A stretch of DNA of 64,000 nucleotides from Hyaloraphidium curvatum SAG 235-1 (lineage: Eukaryota > Fungi > Monoblepharomycota): the NCBI GenBank assembly GCA_025558095.1, contig JAIVFI010000002.1, positions 372,001 through 436,000 on the forward strand. The letters are read 5' to 3'. Every line of letters starts with the position of its first letter. Within the stretch, counting starts at the first letter, position 1. The notes under the pieces are model-generated. The model did not search any database. It was given only the letters and a program-made list of their open reading frames with translations, and was not told the DNA's origin. Shown here piece by piece: positions 1 to 12,210 of this stretch. Position numbers and translations under genes: made by a program.

Positions 1-11
1 AGTTCACCCTT

Positions 12-653
12 ATGGGAATGTCAGGATCCCTGGAACACCAGGAGTGGCTCCGCCCCGATGAGCCCAACGGCTGGTTCCGTCACACCGACCTGCTCAAGGG
101 CACCAATGTCTCCACGAACGGTGTGCTTTCCAGAGTTTCGCGCGGCGCCGGCAGATACCGCCCGTCGGACCGCCCAGCAGACGGTTCCCGGAACCGTCTC
201 TTGAGTAACAACTTCACGAAGGTCGCCGCCGCAATGTCGCCCGCTGGCCACGAGGCAAATTGCAAAAGCTCCGGCCACGCCAAGTTCCTTGGGCACACTG
301 TCTACGTCAAGCTGAAGAACGGAGGCAAAGGTCGCTGGCGCGTCGCGGTCGCACACCCCGACCCGGTTCACAAGCCGCTGAAGCCGTACGGGATTGGGAA
401 CCACCTTTCAATCACGTTCCACAGGGACCCCGACCAGCACGGGCGTGCCTCGGAGCCCGGCTGTGCTAGCTCCTTTGGCGGACCCGAGCTGCTTGAATCG
501 GTTGTGGAGGCTCTCCTTCACCGGTATCTGACGGAGACTGTGGCAGATCGGGATTGGCTGGAGGACACCACTGTCCCAGTGGAAGATCGAGCTGCCCTTA
601 CGTCGATCATTGAGCAACTGGTCGATGACGACTTTGAGTGGATCGAACGCTAG
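12..653 (+). CDS. hypothetical protein (possibly 5'-partial)
   Basis: 213-aa ORF with plausible composition; no motif recognised. Confidence 0.35.
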   Translation: MGMSGSLEHQEWLRPDEPNGWFRHTDLLKGTNVSTNGVLSRVSRGAGRYRPSDRPADGSRNRLLSNNFTKVAAAMSPAGHEANCKSSGHAKFLGHTVYVKLKNGGKGRWRVAVAHPDPVHKPLKPYGIGNHLSITFHRDPDQHGRASEPGCASSFGGPELLESVVEALLHRYLTETVADRDWLEDTTVPVEDRAALTSIIEQLVDDDFEWIER

Positions 654-735
654 TGGCTGAACGGGACTGCCGCATGAAATCTGACCTCTGTGGTGTACAA
701 GCTCATATAAACTAGCCGCCATCCGATCATCCGAA

Positions 736-1053
736 ATGAAACCCTTGCTCGCTGAAGCTCCGGCCCTGTTCGGCTGCGGCTGCAACCGCGGCCCCGGGCT
801 GCGCATCGGCTACGCGCCGGGCACCCTCACGCACCAGCGCGACTTCAACGAGGCGCTCCCCGCCGTCGCGCGCATCCTCCGGGCCCGCCCGGACGTCCGC
901 CTTGTCTACTTTGCGCCGTACCTGAACGCCTCCGAGTTCCCCGCACTGGCCAACCTCACGTCCCGACCAAGGCGATGGTGGCGATGGAGAGGGCGGGGAC
1001 GACGCGGAGTGATTCAGCAGCGTTGCGCGAAATTTGGCCGTCTGTATGTATAG
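736..1053 (+). pseudogene. glycosyltransferase (GT4-like) fragment
   Basis: RIGYAPGTLTHQRDFNEALPAVARILRARPDVRLV resembles the IGYxSGTxTHxxDF segment of bacterial-type glycosyltransferases; similarity and high GC3 stop at about 965. Confidence 0.4.
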
Positions 1054-1089
1054 GCACCGCATGGGGTTCAGCAGCACAGTACATCATAT

Positions 1090-2185
1090 TCAGGCATAAC
1101 CTCCCGAAAAGGCTGGCGCCGCCCATGGGTCCGTGCCTTTGATGAATCGCCACAGCTCAAGCAGAGTGTTCTGATCCATGATGTCCATGTCAAGCTCGAT
1201 CTCGTCGGTCTCTCCGATGCCAGGCATGCCACGGCGGATGATTTCGACGACCGTGGCCAGCCGGTCCGAGTTTTCGTTTCCCAGCTGTTCGATGGCCAAC
1301 GACAGCTCCCTCTTCTGCTCGTAAGTGACGGTCAAAACAGCCTTGGGCTTCTTCTGCCGCGGCTTCTTGACGCCCCCGTTCGCGTTCGCCTCCTGGGCAC
1401 GTTGCCGCGCCAAGGTGGTCGCCGTGTGCTGGTAGCGCAGCGTCCCGTCCTCGGCCTCCACAATCCTGCCAGCCTTCCACTTGACGCCGCACGCGTTGCA
1501 CAGAGTCCCCGAACCGTGCGGGCCGCTCCGCCCTGAGCGGCAAAAGCAGGCCAGGAATGTGGTTAGTCAGAGCCATAATGCTCAGAAGGGTGTACCAACA
1601 CGTCGGCGTGACCGTGATCTGGCAAAACTCGCACGTCCTGCCCGTCTTCACCTTTTTCGGCTTCGGTCGGGAGCTTGACGGTGGCGGAGGTGGGAAATCT
1701 TGGGTGGGGAAGGCCGGTGCCGGCTCCGGCGCGAAATGTCCATGATCTTCGGTTCCCGCCTCGGGCGCCCAACCGGCTGCCTCGGGTTGTGTCCAGTCAG
1801 CAGCTTCTGGGGTCCAGCCAGCGGTCTCTGGCGGTGCCCAATCTTCGTGGGCTGGCCCCGGAGCGCTGGCCTCTTCCCTCGCTGCCCGCTTGCTTCCGAC
1901 GGAAGACGGCGCCCTGTCCGACTCTGAATCGTCGCTGCTCGAGTCGCGACGCTTGGACTTTTCCTTCCTCCCCCGCTTCTTGCTCTGCTGCGTGAGGATC
2001 TGCAGCTGCTCCTGCAAGAGCGCAAGCTGGGCAGAGCGACCGTTGTACTATCGCCAGAAACCAGCTCATAGACCGACGCGCACCTGGCCCTGCATGGCCG
2101 ACACCTCGTCCCAAGTCGTGCTGCTCTTCGACGGCTTCGAGGCCTTCCCGCCGCCTGACGACTTTCCCTTCTTCGACTTTGACAT
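1090..2185 (-). CDS. GATA zinc finger + ET (extra-terminal/NET) domain protein, 3 exons
   Basis: Introns 2012-2083 and 1533-1599 give CEFC-x18(QITVTPTWRSGPHGSGTL)-CNAC; C-terminal TYEQKRELSLAIEQL...VVEII...EIELDMDIMDQNTLLELWRFI is a Bdf1/Taf14-type ET domain. Confidence 0.8.
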
Positions 2186-2444
2186 CGCCGAGCCCGGTCC
2201 GCCGCGCCGGGCCCAGGCAAATGACAGCAAAGAGGGAACGTGAGCCTGGCCCGCGCTGGGTGCGCCGCTGTGGAGGCGGGACGAGGGGGCACAATGACGG
2301 AACAATCTCGCGGACGCAGTCGCCGACGCGCGCGCGTGCATTTCGTCCACCCATCCTTCCTCTTTGGCGTATATTTAGGCAGCAGCAGTAGCCGACGCTC
2401 GACTGCCTCGCTAAAGGCGTCTGTCATCGAAACGGACATCAGAT

Positions 2445-3875
2445 ATGGCACCTGAAGCCCCAGGGGCGAAGCGGGCAGAGGGTGCCAGATCTTCGACAGA
2501 GACACCCGTCAACGTGACGCCCTTTAACGTGCTTGTCGTTTGCAGACTCAACAACGCTTCTTGCTTGAACCTTGTTCGGGACATGGTTCCGTTTCTCATG
2601 CGGAGCGCGCCGGTGCCGGTCGCAGGCATCGAAAGAGCGAGCACCTCCGTGTTCCTCGACCACCGGATCCACGGGGATATCTTCTCATCGATGGTTGATC
2701 TTTTCGCCGATGAGCCGAATGGAACGCAGCTTCACAGGCGGCTTCTTCCCTACGTACCACACCTCACTGATCTCGCGTGCCCCGACCTCGTCATTGCCGT
2801 CGGCGGGGACGGGACCATGCTAAACGCCGCGTGGCTCTTCAATCGCCCCGACGTCGCGCTGCCCGCAATGATTGGCTTCAGGGCCGGTGACAATGATCCT
2901 TCGCGTCTGCAGGCCGCACGTTCGCCGGGGAGGATGATGATCTCGGATCACGCGGGCCCTGGACGCGGCATCGTGAACCGGGGCTTCGGTGGCCGGCGAG
3001 GTGTGCTCGCCGTGCACGAAGGCAAGCGCTGGAAGGAGACATTGGCGGGGCTTTTGGATCCTGCTGCGACCTCCGGGCGGCCAGGGCTGGCGCTCGAGTT
3101 CCAAGTCGTTCCCCGGACCCGCTTGATGTGCACGTTGCTTCGTGGTGCCGCCTGGGGCGGTCCGAGCTCTCTCTCTACCGCCACCCTCGCACGGCGGCCG
3201 CCATTTTCTCCTCCGACCACCTCCTACACGACCTATCTCACGCTGAACCCGAAGGATCCGCACCTCGCGGATCACGGGATTTCGCTTTGCGTTTTAAATG
3301 ATCTCTGCATCGACCGAGGTCCGAGCTCCTTGTTGCTGTCCCTGGACGTCTGGCTGGGTCGTGATGCCGAGGGAGCCGTGGAGAGGAACAAGGTGGTCAC
3401 GGTCGCCGCCGACGGCTTGCTCTTCTCGACACCCACTGGATCCACCTCGTATTCACTCAGCGCGGGCGGCTCGGTCGTCCACCCTCGGTGCGCTACGAGC
3501 GTCTCGATAACGCCGATTGCCGCGCATGAGCTCGCCATGCGGCCTTTTGTGCTACCCCTCGGCATCGATGACCCTCAAGACGGTGGCGCGGCCCCGTTTC
3601 TGGAGGTCGTCGTGCCGGCTGATGCCAGGGAACCCGCCGACGACTCCTTCTCCGCCCCCGCTTCCTCCGGCGGCACCGTGAAACCTGTTTGTTGGGCGTC
3701 CTTCGACTCTCGACTTCGAATCCCTCTCTACAGGAACGATCGGATTGTCATCCGGCGGGCAAAGCACCTCGTGCTTACGATAGAAGAGGGAAGCGGCACA
3801 GATTGGGGCGCGGAGCAATCGGGGGCCGACGGACCTGGCCTCACTGATTCCAGGTTGCGCGGCGAAAGACTCTGA
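2445..3875 (+). CDS. NAD(+)/NADH kinase
   Basis: GGDGT motif, VLND, and DGLLFSTPTGSTSYSLSAGG signature. Confidence 0.85.
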   Translation: MAPEAPGAKRAEGARSSTETPVNVTPFNVLVVCRLNNASCLNLVRDMVPFLMRSAPVPVAGIERASTSVFLDHRIHGDIFSSMVDLFADEPNGTQLHRRLLPYVPHLTDLACPDLVIAVGGDGTMLNAAWLFNRPDVALPAMIGFRAGDNDPSRLQAARSPGRMMISDHAGPGRGIVNRGFGGRRGVLAVHEGKRWKETLAGLLDPAATSGRPGLALEFQVVPRTRLMCTLLRGAAWGGPSSLSTATLARRPPFSPPTTSYTTYLTLNPKDPHLADHGISLCVLNDLCIDRGPSSLLLSLDVWLGRDAEGAVERNKVVTVAADGLLFSTPTGSTSYSLSAGGSVVHPRCATSVSITPIAAHELAMRPFVLPLGIDDPQDGGAAPFLEVVVPADAREPADDSFSAPASSGGTVKPVCWASFDSRLRIPLYRNDRIVIRRAKHLVLTIEEGSGTDWGAEQSGADGPGLTDSRLRGERL

Positions 3876-3988
3876 CTCCAGGTTGGTTGCTGGAAAGGGG
3901 ACCTGCGTTTGCCTCCAGGAGCTTACGCTCCCCCGCCGCTACCTGCCATGTAGCTTCGGAGCGGCCGCGAGCGCCAGCGAGCCCCGCG
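3841..3988 (+). repeat. dispersed ~150-bp repeat, copy 1
   Basis: ctgattccaggttgcgcggcgaaagactctga...ccccgccgctacc...atgtagcttc...gagcggccgcgagcgccagcgagccccgcg, shared with 6555-6670 and 16661-16925. Confidence 0.85.
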
Positions 3989-4185
3989 AAGACTTTGAGC
4001 TCTCTACGTGTAGGCACGCGAGCGACAATTGAAAAGTCCTCGCTCGTTCACTCGATCGCGTTCGAATCAACGTCGAATTCTACAGCCCGCCTGCCCGTTC
4101 AAAGCTTCTTGGAGCTGTTTTCTGAACTGGGGCCGGAATTGCAGTGGACCGTTGAAGAGACCGTCCTCAAACGCCGGAGCCCGGG

Positions 4186-6520
4186 ATGTCTGCGCACGAA
4201 GTCCACGCTCGCGGCCCGGCACCGTCCCCGGATGTCGGACCTGGACACGACGCCCGGTCAATGCTCCTGACGAACTTGATACTGCTTGGCTTTGACGCGG
4301 CGCGCCCGATGCGGTCTTCGGTGCTACCCTATCAAGGTGTCCTGGACGGATATACTGCCACGGAAGGCGCGGACGGCGAGACGGCGCTGGAAGCCGACAT
4401 GTTCTCCAAAAGCGGACCCAAAGGAGCCAGTTTGGCGTTCGAGTGTGTAGCGAGATTCTTGTTTGGACGGCTAAGCGCAGCCGAGGCAGCCGAGGTGGGG
4501 CAAGGAGCCGGCCAACGAACGGGACGTGCCTGAGGCAGAACGCAGCGCTTTGCAGGTTGCCTCTACGTGCTGACGCGGACTGATGCGAAGCAGTTTCGCA
4601 ACGTTGCTTTTGAGTGGATTTCAGCCCTCAAGAAGAATGGGCACCTTCGCGGCGCCGAGGTTGTGGTTCGCCGGAGCTTCTTCGACGATTGCAGGGGAGA
4701 ACGGTAGGGGTCGACCTTGAAACCACTGTCAACGTTCTGACCGTCCAAGATCAGATTTGAGGGTATGATGCTGGCTTTGTCCGAGTATGTGCTTCGGACC
4801 GAGCTGGGAAGGGAGCTGGGGGAGGACGGTGAGCTAAAGCTGCTTTCCGTACAGGACGAGAGGCACTGCTGACGCCCGCTAAGCTCTGCCAGCCTTTCTC
4901 GACATCGCCAATTTGCGAAGAACCTATGGGGCGGAATCCACCAGCGCCCTCCATTACTCCTTGAATTTTCAGTCGCGTGGGCTCGCTGAATCGGTGGCAT
5001 CGTGGACCATTCAGAGCTCTGAATTCCAGCAAAGGGCCCTTTCACTCGGAATTGAACTGGAGCACCGTCGGAGAGGCGCCATCGACGATTGCTTGGTGCT
5101 GGAAGACGACCTCGCACAGATCGATGCCGACAACGTTCCAGATCTTGCCGCACTTTTGGCGTCCATGGATCATGATCTGGCAAAGCTCCTGAACTCTCTG
5201 TATCGCTGGTTTCCTTCTCTCTTTGCTGCCCACGGTCATTATCTGAAAGCCCTGATCAGCCCTCGCGGTGCGGACCCTCTGTATCCCGATTGCGAGCCAT
5301 CTCACGAAGCATTTGCCGGACTGAATCGCCCGGTGTCTTTGGCCACGCCAGAATGGACCGCTGCGCTGAAAAAGACAGGCATCGTGCCCGCTGCAAACAG
5401 GGAGCTTGGACATGATTTTGTTGCCTCAGCCGAACTTTGGAAACTGGAGTTGTGCTTGATCTCCGGCGCGTTGAATGCGGCTGTGCCGCCCGGAACGGTG
5501 CAATCGGGTTTGGAAACTGTTCTGGAGCGCCACGGCGTTGGCGTAGCTGTTGACGCCCCGGGTCATGGAAAAGCTGCATCTATGCCCATTTCTGCAGTTT
5601 TTGCTGCGGTGGCCGAGTCCACATTGGACCTCTTGTCCCAACGTATGAATCTCGTCCATCCGCTCCCCAAGAAAGCTGTACAGACTCTCGATGACGTTCG
5701 CCAGCTTTCTGGGATTGATGAACACGCGGATCGGAAGGTCACGCGGAATCAGTCGGTCGGAGCGACGCAGTTTCAGAACCAACGCGGGACTCGAGACAAA
5801 GAACCTGCTTCCGGCCCAATGACTCTACTCGCCACAATGCCAACAAACAGCTCCCGAGAAACTGGACTGCATGTTGCATCGAATGATTCGCACGAATCGC
5901 AAGACTTCCTCTTGCCGGCTCTCTCTCTGCCGTCGTTCAGCTTGCTGGCTGCCCGTCCGTTGCTAGCATCGGGCGCTTTCGAGTTTCCACCGACTCCGCC
6001 CCGAGGTCGTGCCGAAGCTAAAGCAGTTGGCGAAGGACGCTCGAAGTTGCAAAAGTTCCCGTCTAGCTATGGATCCTCGGACCACACCCGCTCGCAGCGC
6101 CAGAGATTGGAAGCTCGCGCAACGGGACACGTTTGCCTGCCACTTCCCCCACAGTCTGCGCAAACACGCCAGAATGCCCTCCGAAGAGAACAGGATCGGG
6201 AACCCTCCAGGATGCTCGAGAGCGGAGCAGGGGCAACGGCTCGTTCCTTGCGCGAACCAAAAGCGGAAAACACGTCGTTCGATTCGAAGGAACGAAGAAC
6301 ATCCGCGACCTGGGAGGGTTCATCGCTGCCTTCAGGATGGGATGAATCCGGACGCTGCGAGGGTGTGAAAGACGATGACATGGCCAATGCTTCCCTCCCC
6401 TCCGGTGGCGCAGAATCCAGTCCGATACATGTGGAGCGAGGTGAGGGAGGTCCGATACGACGCGATGTTGCGTCAGCTGATTCAAGGTCTCAGTGTTCAA
6501 GCTCGATTCTCCATTTGTGA
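4186..6520 (+). CDS. HAUS6: HAUS augmin-like complex subunit 6 family protein (spliced)
   Basis: LLTNLILLGFD...FECVARFLF...KQFRNVAFEWISALKK...VVRRSFFDDCRGE|RFEGMMLALS matches the HAUS6 N-terminal domain across short GT-AG introns; long low-complexity 3' exon. Confidence 0.7.
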
Positions 6521-6554
6521 CGCCCAAGAAAGCAGCGCGACGGAGCCCGCCCCC

Positions 6555-6670
6555 CTGTGATTACAGGCTGCGCGGCGAAAGACTCTGATTCCAGGTTGCT
6601 TGCTGGAATGGAGACGTGTGTTGCACGGGAGGAGCCGCGTTGCCCCGCCGCTACCTTCCATGTAGGGCTC
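6555..6670 (+). repeat. dispersed repeat, copy 2 (diverged)
   Basis: gattacaggctgcgcggcgaaagactctgattccaggttg...ccccgccgctaccttccatgtag, preceded by a C-run. Confidence 0.8.
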
Positions 6671-6741
6671 CTTGCCCGTGCCGTAGCCGATCATTGAGGC
6701 TGGAGGATGGAAGAGAGCATGTAGCATTGTCTCTGCTCGAG

Positions 6742-7666
6742 TCACCCTCGGCCCAGGAAGATCCGATCGCGAGCCACGACGTCGGAGTCTGTTGGAAAAC
6801 CGTCCGATCGCCCTGAACCTAATCTCAAGAGAATTCTGGCAATCCAGTCCTCGTCCAGTAGATTCTGCGTCCGCGCGAGAGCAGATTCCAAAGGATCATG
6901 GGGGACTTCGTCCCACTTTGCTTCCCGTACCGTGGAGACGCGGAGCAAGCTGTCAGTCCCGAACTCGTGGAACACTCGCGTATCATGCTGTTTGAGTAGC
7001 ACATGATCCACACGTGTATGCATACGGAGCAGCACGAGGAAGCACTTCGGCATGACACGCTACGCGAGAAAAGATGTTTCAGCGGAGACGACGTGCCTAC
7101 GAGTCGTTACTCACGATCTTGACGGAGCACCGAGTGACGCCATTGTCGGCAAGCTCATCTTCGTACAACACGACCTCCGAGAAAAGCAGTATCTTCTCGC
7201 GGGCATCGGTAAGCAGGTTCCAGTTGATCGCATCGCTGGCTTCGAATGTGCGAATCGCGGCATCCGGGAACACGGTGCCCCTGTACCGGGAATGGTAGGT
7301 CCAATCGTAGTCGTGCTGGATTCTGATGAGTGCCTCGGCGTCTGCGTGGTCCCTCGCTGCCGCTGTCCACACGGCGGCCGCCTTGACCTTCGGGACCGCG
7401 GGTGCCCCCGTTCCGACTCCAAAGCTCTCCGAGCATCGTTCCTCCTTCAAGGGCGACCACATGCCCTTCAATGCATCCACAGAGTCGAAAACCAACTCCA
7501 CGCCGCTGGCCCTGTGGACGATGGAGACACGGTTGGAAAAGACCATGTCGGGAAGCGCGGCAAAGTCGTGTGTTCGACGCAGGTCGTCCAGCTGCGACGA
7601 CGACAGAATGGGCGTTTGATTGACGACGGAAAATAGGAACCCTTCATGTTCCAGGCCCTTCTGCAT
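6742..7666 (-). CDS. TIP41: TIP41/TIPRL type 2A phosphatase regulator
   Basis: LPDMVF, YDWTY, LYEDELADNG and RVMPKCFLVLLR...RVDHV...DTR motifs; one intron near 7060-7113. Confidence 0.9.
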
Positions 7667-7844
7667 AGGCGAGGTGTGTGTCGGAGGACGGGGTGACGAC
7701 GCCGAATGCCGATTCCCGTAGCCCACACAGTCCCCGCCCAAGCCCAATACGCCAGACAATGAGAAACTACTCCAGATTCAGCTCGGCCCGGCTCAGCTCA
7801 ACTCCTCGGAATCGCCTCCGGTTCATCATCCGCCTAGAAGGACT

Positions 7845-8690
7845 TCACTCGTCACGCAGATCACGAATCCTCCTCATTCTGGCTATCGTCAGGGAGAGAC
7901 TACGTCGGTCGTCCAAGTGCGCACTCACCGCGCCGGTACCAGCCGACCGCCAAGTGTCCAATTCATTGTCCAGGTCCTCCTTCGATTTCGGCTGCGCTCG
8001 CTCTCCCTTCGATCGTCCGGCCCGTCCTCCTCGACCTCCTCCCCGTCTGACAACACGACCATAAGACGCCGTCCGATTCACTGACGCGCCAATGACGCAC
8101 CCCGAGCGCGATCCCCTCCCATCCGACCCGGTGGTATTGTCCGCTGCCCGAGCGGTCTGCCTGCTCGTCTGCGGCACCTTCGTTTGAATCACCTGGACAG
8201 GAATGTGAGACTCAACCATTCGCTCAATAGCCGGCCCAGGACTTGCTTCGATCGACATGGGCCTGTCATCCAGCGTTACTCGGTCGTACCGTTTCTTGGC
8301 CTTGATCGCGTCGTTGGCCCTCGCAAACGTGACCACTGCCGTGCCGTCGCGTAGCTTGACATCCAAGACGGGGCCAACTGGGGAAGACGCGTGCAATGGA
8401 GTGCCCTGCCCCGCGGTCCGGTCGGTTGCAGCCGGGCCTTCACCTTGGCCAAACAGCTCCATTAAATCAGAGTCCGAGACTGACGTGAGGATACCAGAAA
8501 CGCGGATACGACCAGCACCCTCCGGAGCCCCTTTGCCCCCCGGAGCGGAAGAGGCAGCGTTGCGTGGGTTGCTCCGCGCGGGGGTTTCATTTCGAGCCCT
8601 GTTCCCGCCCCCTCCCTGGGGCCTCTTCGGACGATTCTGCTTGCTCTGCTTGATGAGATCGTCCAGGCTCAAGTCGAGGCGGTCCGCCAT
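7845..8690 (-). CDS. YRA1: mRNA export adaptor Yra1/ALYREF (THO complex subunit 4)
   Basis: REF-N MADRLDLSLDDLIK, central RRM, REF-C KSKEDLDNELDTW; introns present, 3' end approximate. Confidence 0.85.
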   Translation of the reverse strand: MADRLDLSLDDLIKQSKQNRPKRPQGGGGNRARNETPARSNPRNAASSAPGGKGAPEGAGRIRVSGILTSVSDSDLMELFGQGEGPAATDRTAGQGTPLHASSPVGPVLDVKLRDGTAVVTFARANDAIKAKKRYDRVTLDDRPMSIEASPGPAIERMVESHIPVQVIQTKVPQTSRQTARAADNTTGSDGRGSRSGCVIGASVNRTASYGRVVRRGGGRGGRAGRSKGERAQPKSKEDLDNELDTWRSAGTGAVSAHLDDRRSLSLTIARMRRIRDLRDE

Positions 8691-8826
8691 GGCCAGTTGG
8701 CAACGGTCGATGCGCAGGTGGATGTTCCAGAACGGACGAGGATACCACACGCGCCCCCCAACCCCGATACATCACGCGATCACGCTTTGATTCCAACCAC
8801 CGCAATTACCAGTATACATCAACAAG

Positions 8827-10916
8827 CTATTTGAGCAGGTCTTGGATGATCGCGTTCGACAGAATCTCCCGGCCGTCCGTGAACAGTGCCCAACCGCGCG
8901 GATCGAAGCCCCCGAATGCAAACTTGAGCCGCTTCTCCATCATGGTGACCGGATCGATGGTGGGGTCGATCTTCAGCCTCGGAAGCGACGCCAAAGCCTC
9001 GCTCTGTCCTTCGCGCCGCTCAAGAGATGCCGAGGAGCCGTCCTCCTTTGCAACAGCTCCAGATTCGGATGGCCCCGTCAGGCGCTCAAGGGCCTCGGCG
9101 CTCAGCCTGATCTTGCCTTCATCGGTGCCAAGAACGCCCTGAACGTCACGGATGAATATGGCCAGCACTTTGAGAGGGATCAGTTTTTGACAAGTCAAGA
9201 AGCGGCATGCCGCCACAACCCACCTTGATCGGGGTACCTTTTCTTGAAGAAACTGTACAGGAACATGTCATCCTCGCCGGAATCGCCAGCCAGGATAAAC
9301 TTCCGACGTGGAAATTGTCGAAAGATCTTCTCGATCGACTCGAGCTTGCCTTGGTTCGATGGTTGGAACGCGTTTCGGAAGCTCGAGTCCGAGAAGAAGA
9401 TTGTCCTCATGTGAAATGAGCCAGGCGGAAAGCCGTAGCGGCGGAGGAGATCGACGACGGTGGGGAAGACCTGGCGCGGCAGCAACCAAATGAAGCCAAC
9501 GACACAAAACCATCACCAACGGTGTCTCACCTGCCAGGGGGCCGCAGAAACGTAATGCACGCTCACCCCCGCCTTCCAAAGCCTCTGATACGCCTCTGCC
9601 ATGCCCGGTGTGTCCTTGGTGTCCTGCAGCAGAGCGTTTGCAAGCACAGCAGAGGCGCCCTTGACAATGTCGGAGCGCTTGATTGTGTCGTCGACATCGC
9701 TGATCAGCGATATTCCCTCGCTATCCAGCAGCTCTGCGGTGCCAAAAGCGCTGTACGTATCCCGTGGAACTTCCACCTTCAAATGCACATGGCCATGCGA
9801 GTTGTTTACTTCCGGTGACGATCGCCACTCTGTTACAGCGTCCGACGGAATACAAATAAGGCTGGAAAAGCTTCCATTTGCATCGGATCGAGTTCGAGTT
9901 TCGTATCTGGACGAATCCTCCGTAGTGTTGCGATCCCGACCATCGTTGGCCTCATCCAAGCTGTCGTCATCGTCCTCCTCGGCAAGCAAATCGTCAAGCA
10001 ATGATTCGTCATCGGGCCTTGGAGATGTTCCCAGCTCTTCATCGTCCTCGGCATCGCCATTAATGGTTAGAGCACCAGCAGTGGACGCCTTTAGCACTGC
10101 CTCTGTTGCGCGCGGCGGAAGCGGAGGTGGTTCGGCACGGGCACTCAAGGTGAGCGTAACCGGTTCAGCAATGTTGCCTTCCTCGATTAAGGAGTCCGCT
10201 TGCGCCTGACGCTGCGAGCCATCGTCCCGGCGGACCTCGTAGGGATGTGGGTCTTCGCCAGAGGCATCCAATGGCCCCACGATCGAAACCGCCACATTGC
10301 ACTCTGCCGTCCTGGTTAAGTACATATTGAGACGCATGTCGAGCGTCTGGAGTGAGGTATTGGGATCGGCGGAGATAGTGCTCCGGAAGACGCGCTACGA
10401 CACTTAGTGTCTGTGACTACGCCGCGAAAAAGACCAATGGCCAACCTTTGTGAAAGATTTGATCACTCTTTTGCGCAATGAGTTGTCTTTCACCGTGTAT
10501 ACCCATCCGCGCACCTGGAAAAGTGTGTCGAAACGACCGCCTGGAAGAGGCCTCGGACGTTCCACGCACCTGTACCGACCATGTGCCGCTCTCCGATAGG
10601 TAGCCGTAGGTCGGAATTACCTGGATGGCGTCAGTCGGAACCTTGCTGAAACTCGATAGTGTGGTGCTCTCACAAGGCAGTGCTCCTTCTGTTCCTTCTG
10701 GACGGCAGAAGCGCTGCCGCTCGCTTCCCCCGATGATGCAGCCCACGGACTCGAAGAAGCAACGAAGGCGCCTAGCCACGAAGACTTGGAGCTGCGGCGG
10801 GCGCTTCCGGATGCAGATCCAGCAACTTTGGGCCCTGAATCGCCAGCAATGTCCCCCGCGGGCGAGTCTCTGCCAATCGCAGCAATCCCGGCTGCAGGTG
10901 CTTGAGCGGACTGCAT
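8827..10916 (-). CDS. APP1: App1-type phosphatidate phosphatase (multi-exon)
   Basis: GISLISDVDDTIK (DxDxT), HYVSAAPWQ, FPPGSFHMR, FPRRKFILAGDSGEDD; start approximate. Confidence 0.8.
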
Positions 10917-11067
10917 GATGCTTGGAACTGGTACGATGCTTCGTCGCTCGTCGCCTATTGGGAGCCCGAAGCCAGGCAGCGCGACGATGATGAGCGCGCT
11001 CGCACACATGCGGCCCCTCGTCCAACCTGTCCCCTCCCCCGGGAGTTCGAGCCGATTTTGCAGGAAC

Positions 11068-12210
11068 ATGCCTTTAGTTCACCTGGCTCGCAATGCCTCC
11101 AGGAAGATACCTATCCTGGCTCCATTCCGGACCTTGCATTCTTCTCTCGTTCACCGGACCCGCGGAACCCCGAGCGCACGCACGCGTTTCGCGCATGCGT
11201 CGGAAACTGAATCGTGGCATTCCCTCTCGGGACTTGTTCGACCGTTTCTTTTCGCGTCTGGCGTGTCGGCCGCGGCTTTCGCGCTCGCCGCTTTCAAGAC
11301 GGAACGCGACAACGTCGACGGTACCAGGCGCGCTGCTGAGCAGGCCGCGGCGGACTCGGCGCGATCGTTTTCTTCCCGCCTCTTTGGGCATCGCCCTCTG
11401 CAGCCGGATCCGCAGACCGTTCGCCACAACGAGGCCCCGACTGGCTTTTTCGGACGCGTCGCGAGCATGTTGCAAATGTCCCTGTTGGAGCTGACGCCGG
11501 AGATGCGCGTCATTTCCGGGCTTGTCACTCTGAATGCCGCGGTGTTCTTCGCTTGGCAAGTGCCGCAGCTGCAGGGTTTCATGATGAGGCACTTCCTGCA
11601 ATTTCCTTCCGACGGAGGTCGCGGAATTACCATGCTGACTGCAGCGTTTAGCCATATGAGTCCGATGCATCTTGGGATGAATATGCTCGGCCTTGTCAGC
11701 TTTGGGGGCATTTTGGGGTCTGTGTTTGCGAGCCCGGACCAGCGTTCATCTCCAGGAGGCGCCCGCTTTCGCGAGCATTCCGACCCCTGGGCCGGAGCGT
11801 GGGAGCTTGCCGCCTTTTTTGTTGCCGGCTGCATGGCCAGCTCTTTCGCATCGCAGGCAAACAGTGTGCGCTTGTTCGCCAAAACGGCGGGCAAGTCAGT
11901 CGCACCGAGTTTGGGCGCCAGCGGAGGCGTTTACGGTATCGTCACGGCCGTCGCGCTGGTGTTTCCTTGGACTGGGGTGCACGTTTTGTTCTTTCCGGTC
12001 TCGCTCAGGCTGGGGACCGTGCTGCCCATCCTCCTTTCCCTGGACTTTGCCGGGGTCGTCCTGAAATGGCAAACATTCGATCATGCAGCCCACCTCGGGG
12101 GTGCTGCGTTCGGGTACATGTTCATGAAGTGGGGAGGGAGGGAAGCGTACCTCGACCTTCGAAAGCGCATCCGAGCTCGACTATCCGGCGGCGTTACCGC
12201 GAAGGAATAG
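11068..12210 (+). CDS. PCP1: mitochondrial rhomboid protease (Pcp1/PARL)
   Basis: FSHMSPMHLGMNM, SLGASGG (catalytic Ser), FDHAAHLGGA (catalytic His). Confidence 0.9.
   Translation: MPLVHLARNASRKIPILAPFRTLHSSLVHRTRGTPSARTRFAHASETESWHSLSGLVRPFLFASGVSAAAFALAAFKTERDNVDGTRRAAEQAAADSARSFSSRLFGHRPLQPDPQTVRHNEAPTGFFGRVASMLQMSLLELTPEMRVISGLVTLNAAVFFAWQVPQLQGFMMRHFLQFPSDGGRGITMLTAAFSHMSPMHLGMNMLGLVSFGGILGSVFASPDQRSSPGGARFREHSDPWAGAWELAAFFVAGCMASSFASQANSVRLFAKTAGKSVAPSLGASGGVYGIVTAVALVFPWTGVHVLFFPVSLRLGTVLPILLSLDFAGVVLKWQTFDHAAHLGGAAFGYMFMKWGGREAYLDLRKRIRARLSGGVTAKE

Noticed and set aside
3841-3988. Dispersed repeat as a hammerhead ribozyme or cobalamin riboswitch
   Set aside because: It has CTGA...GAAA but not the CUGANGA core, and the B12-box-like words are out of order
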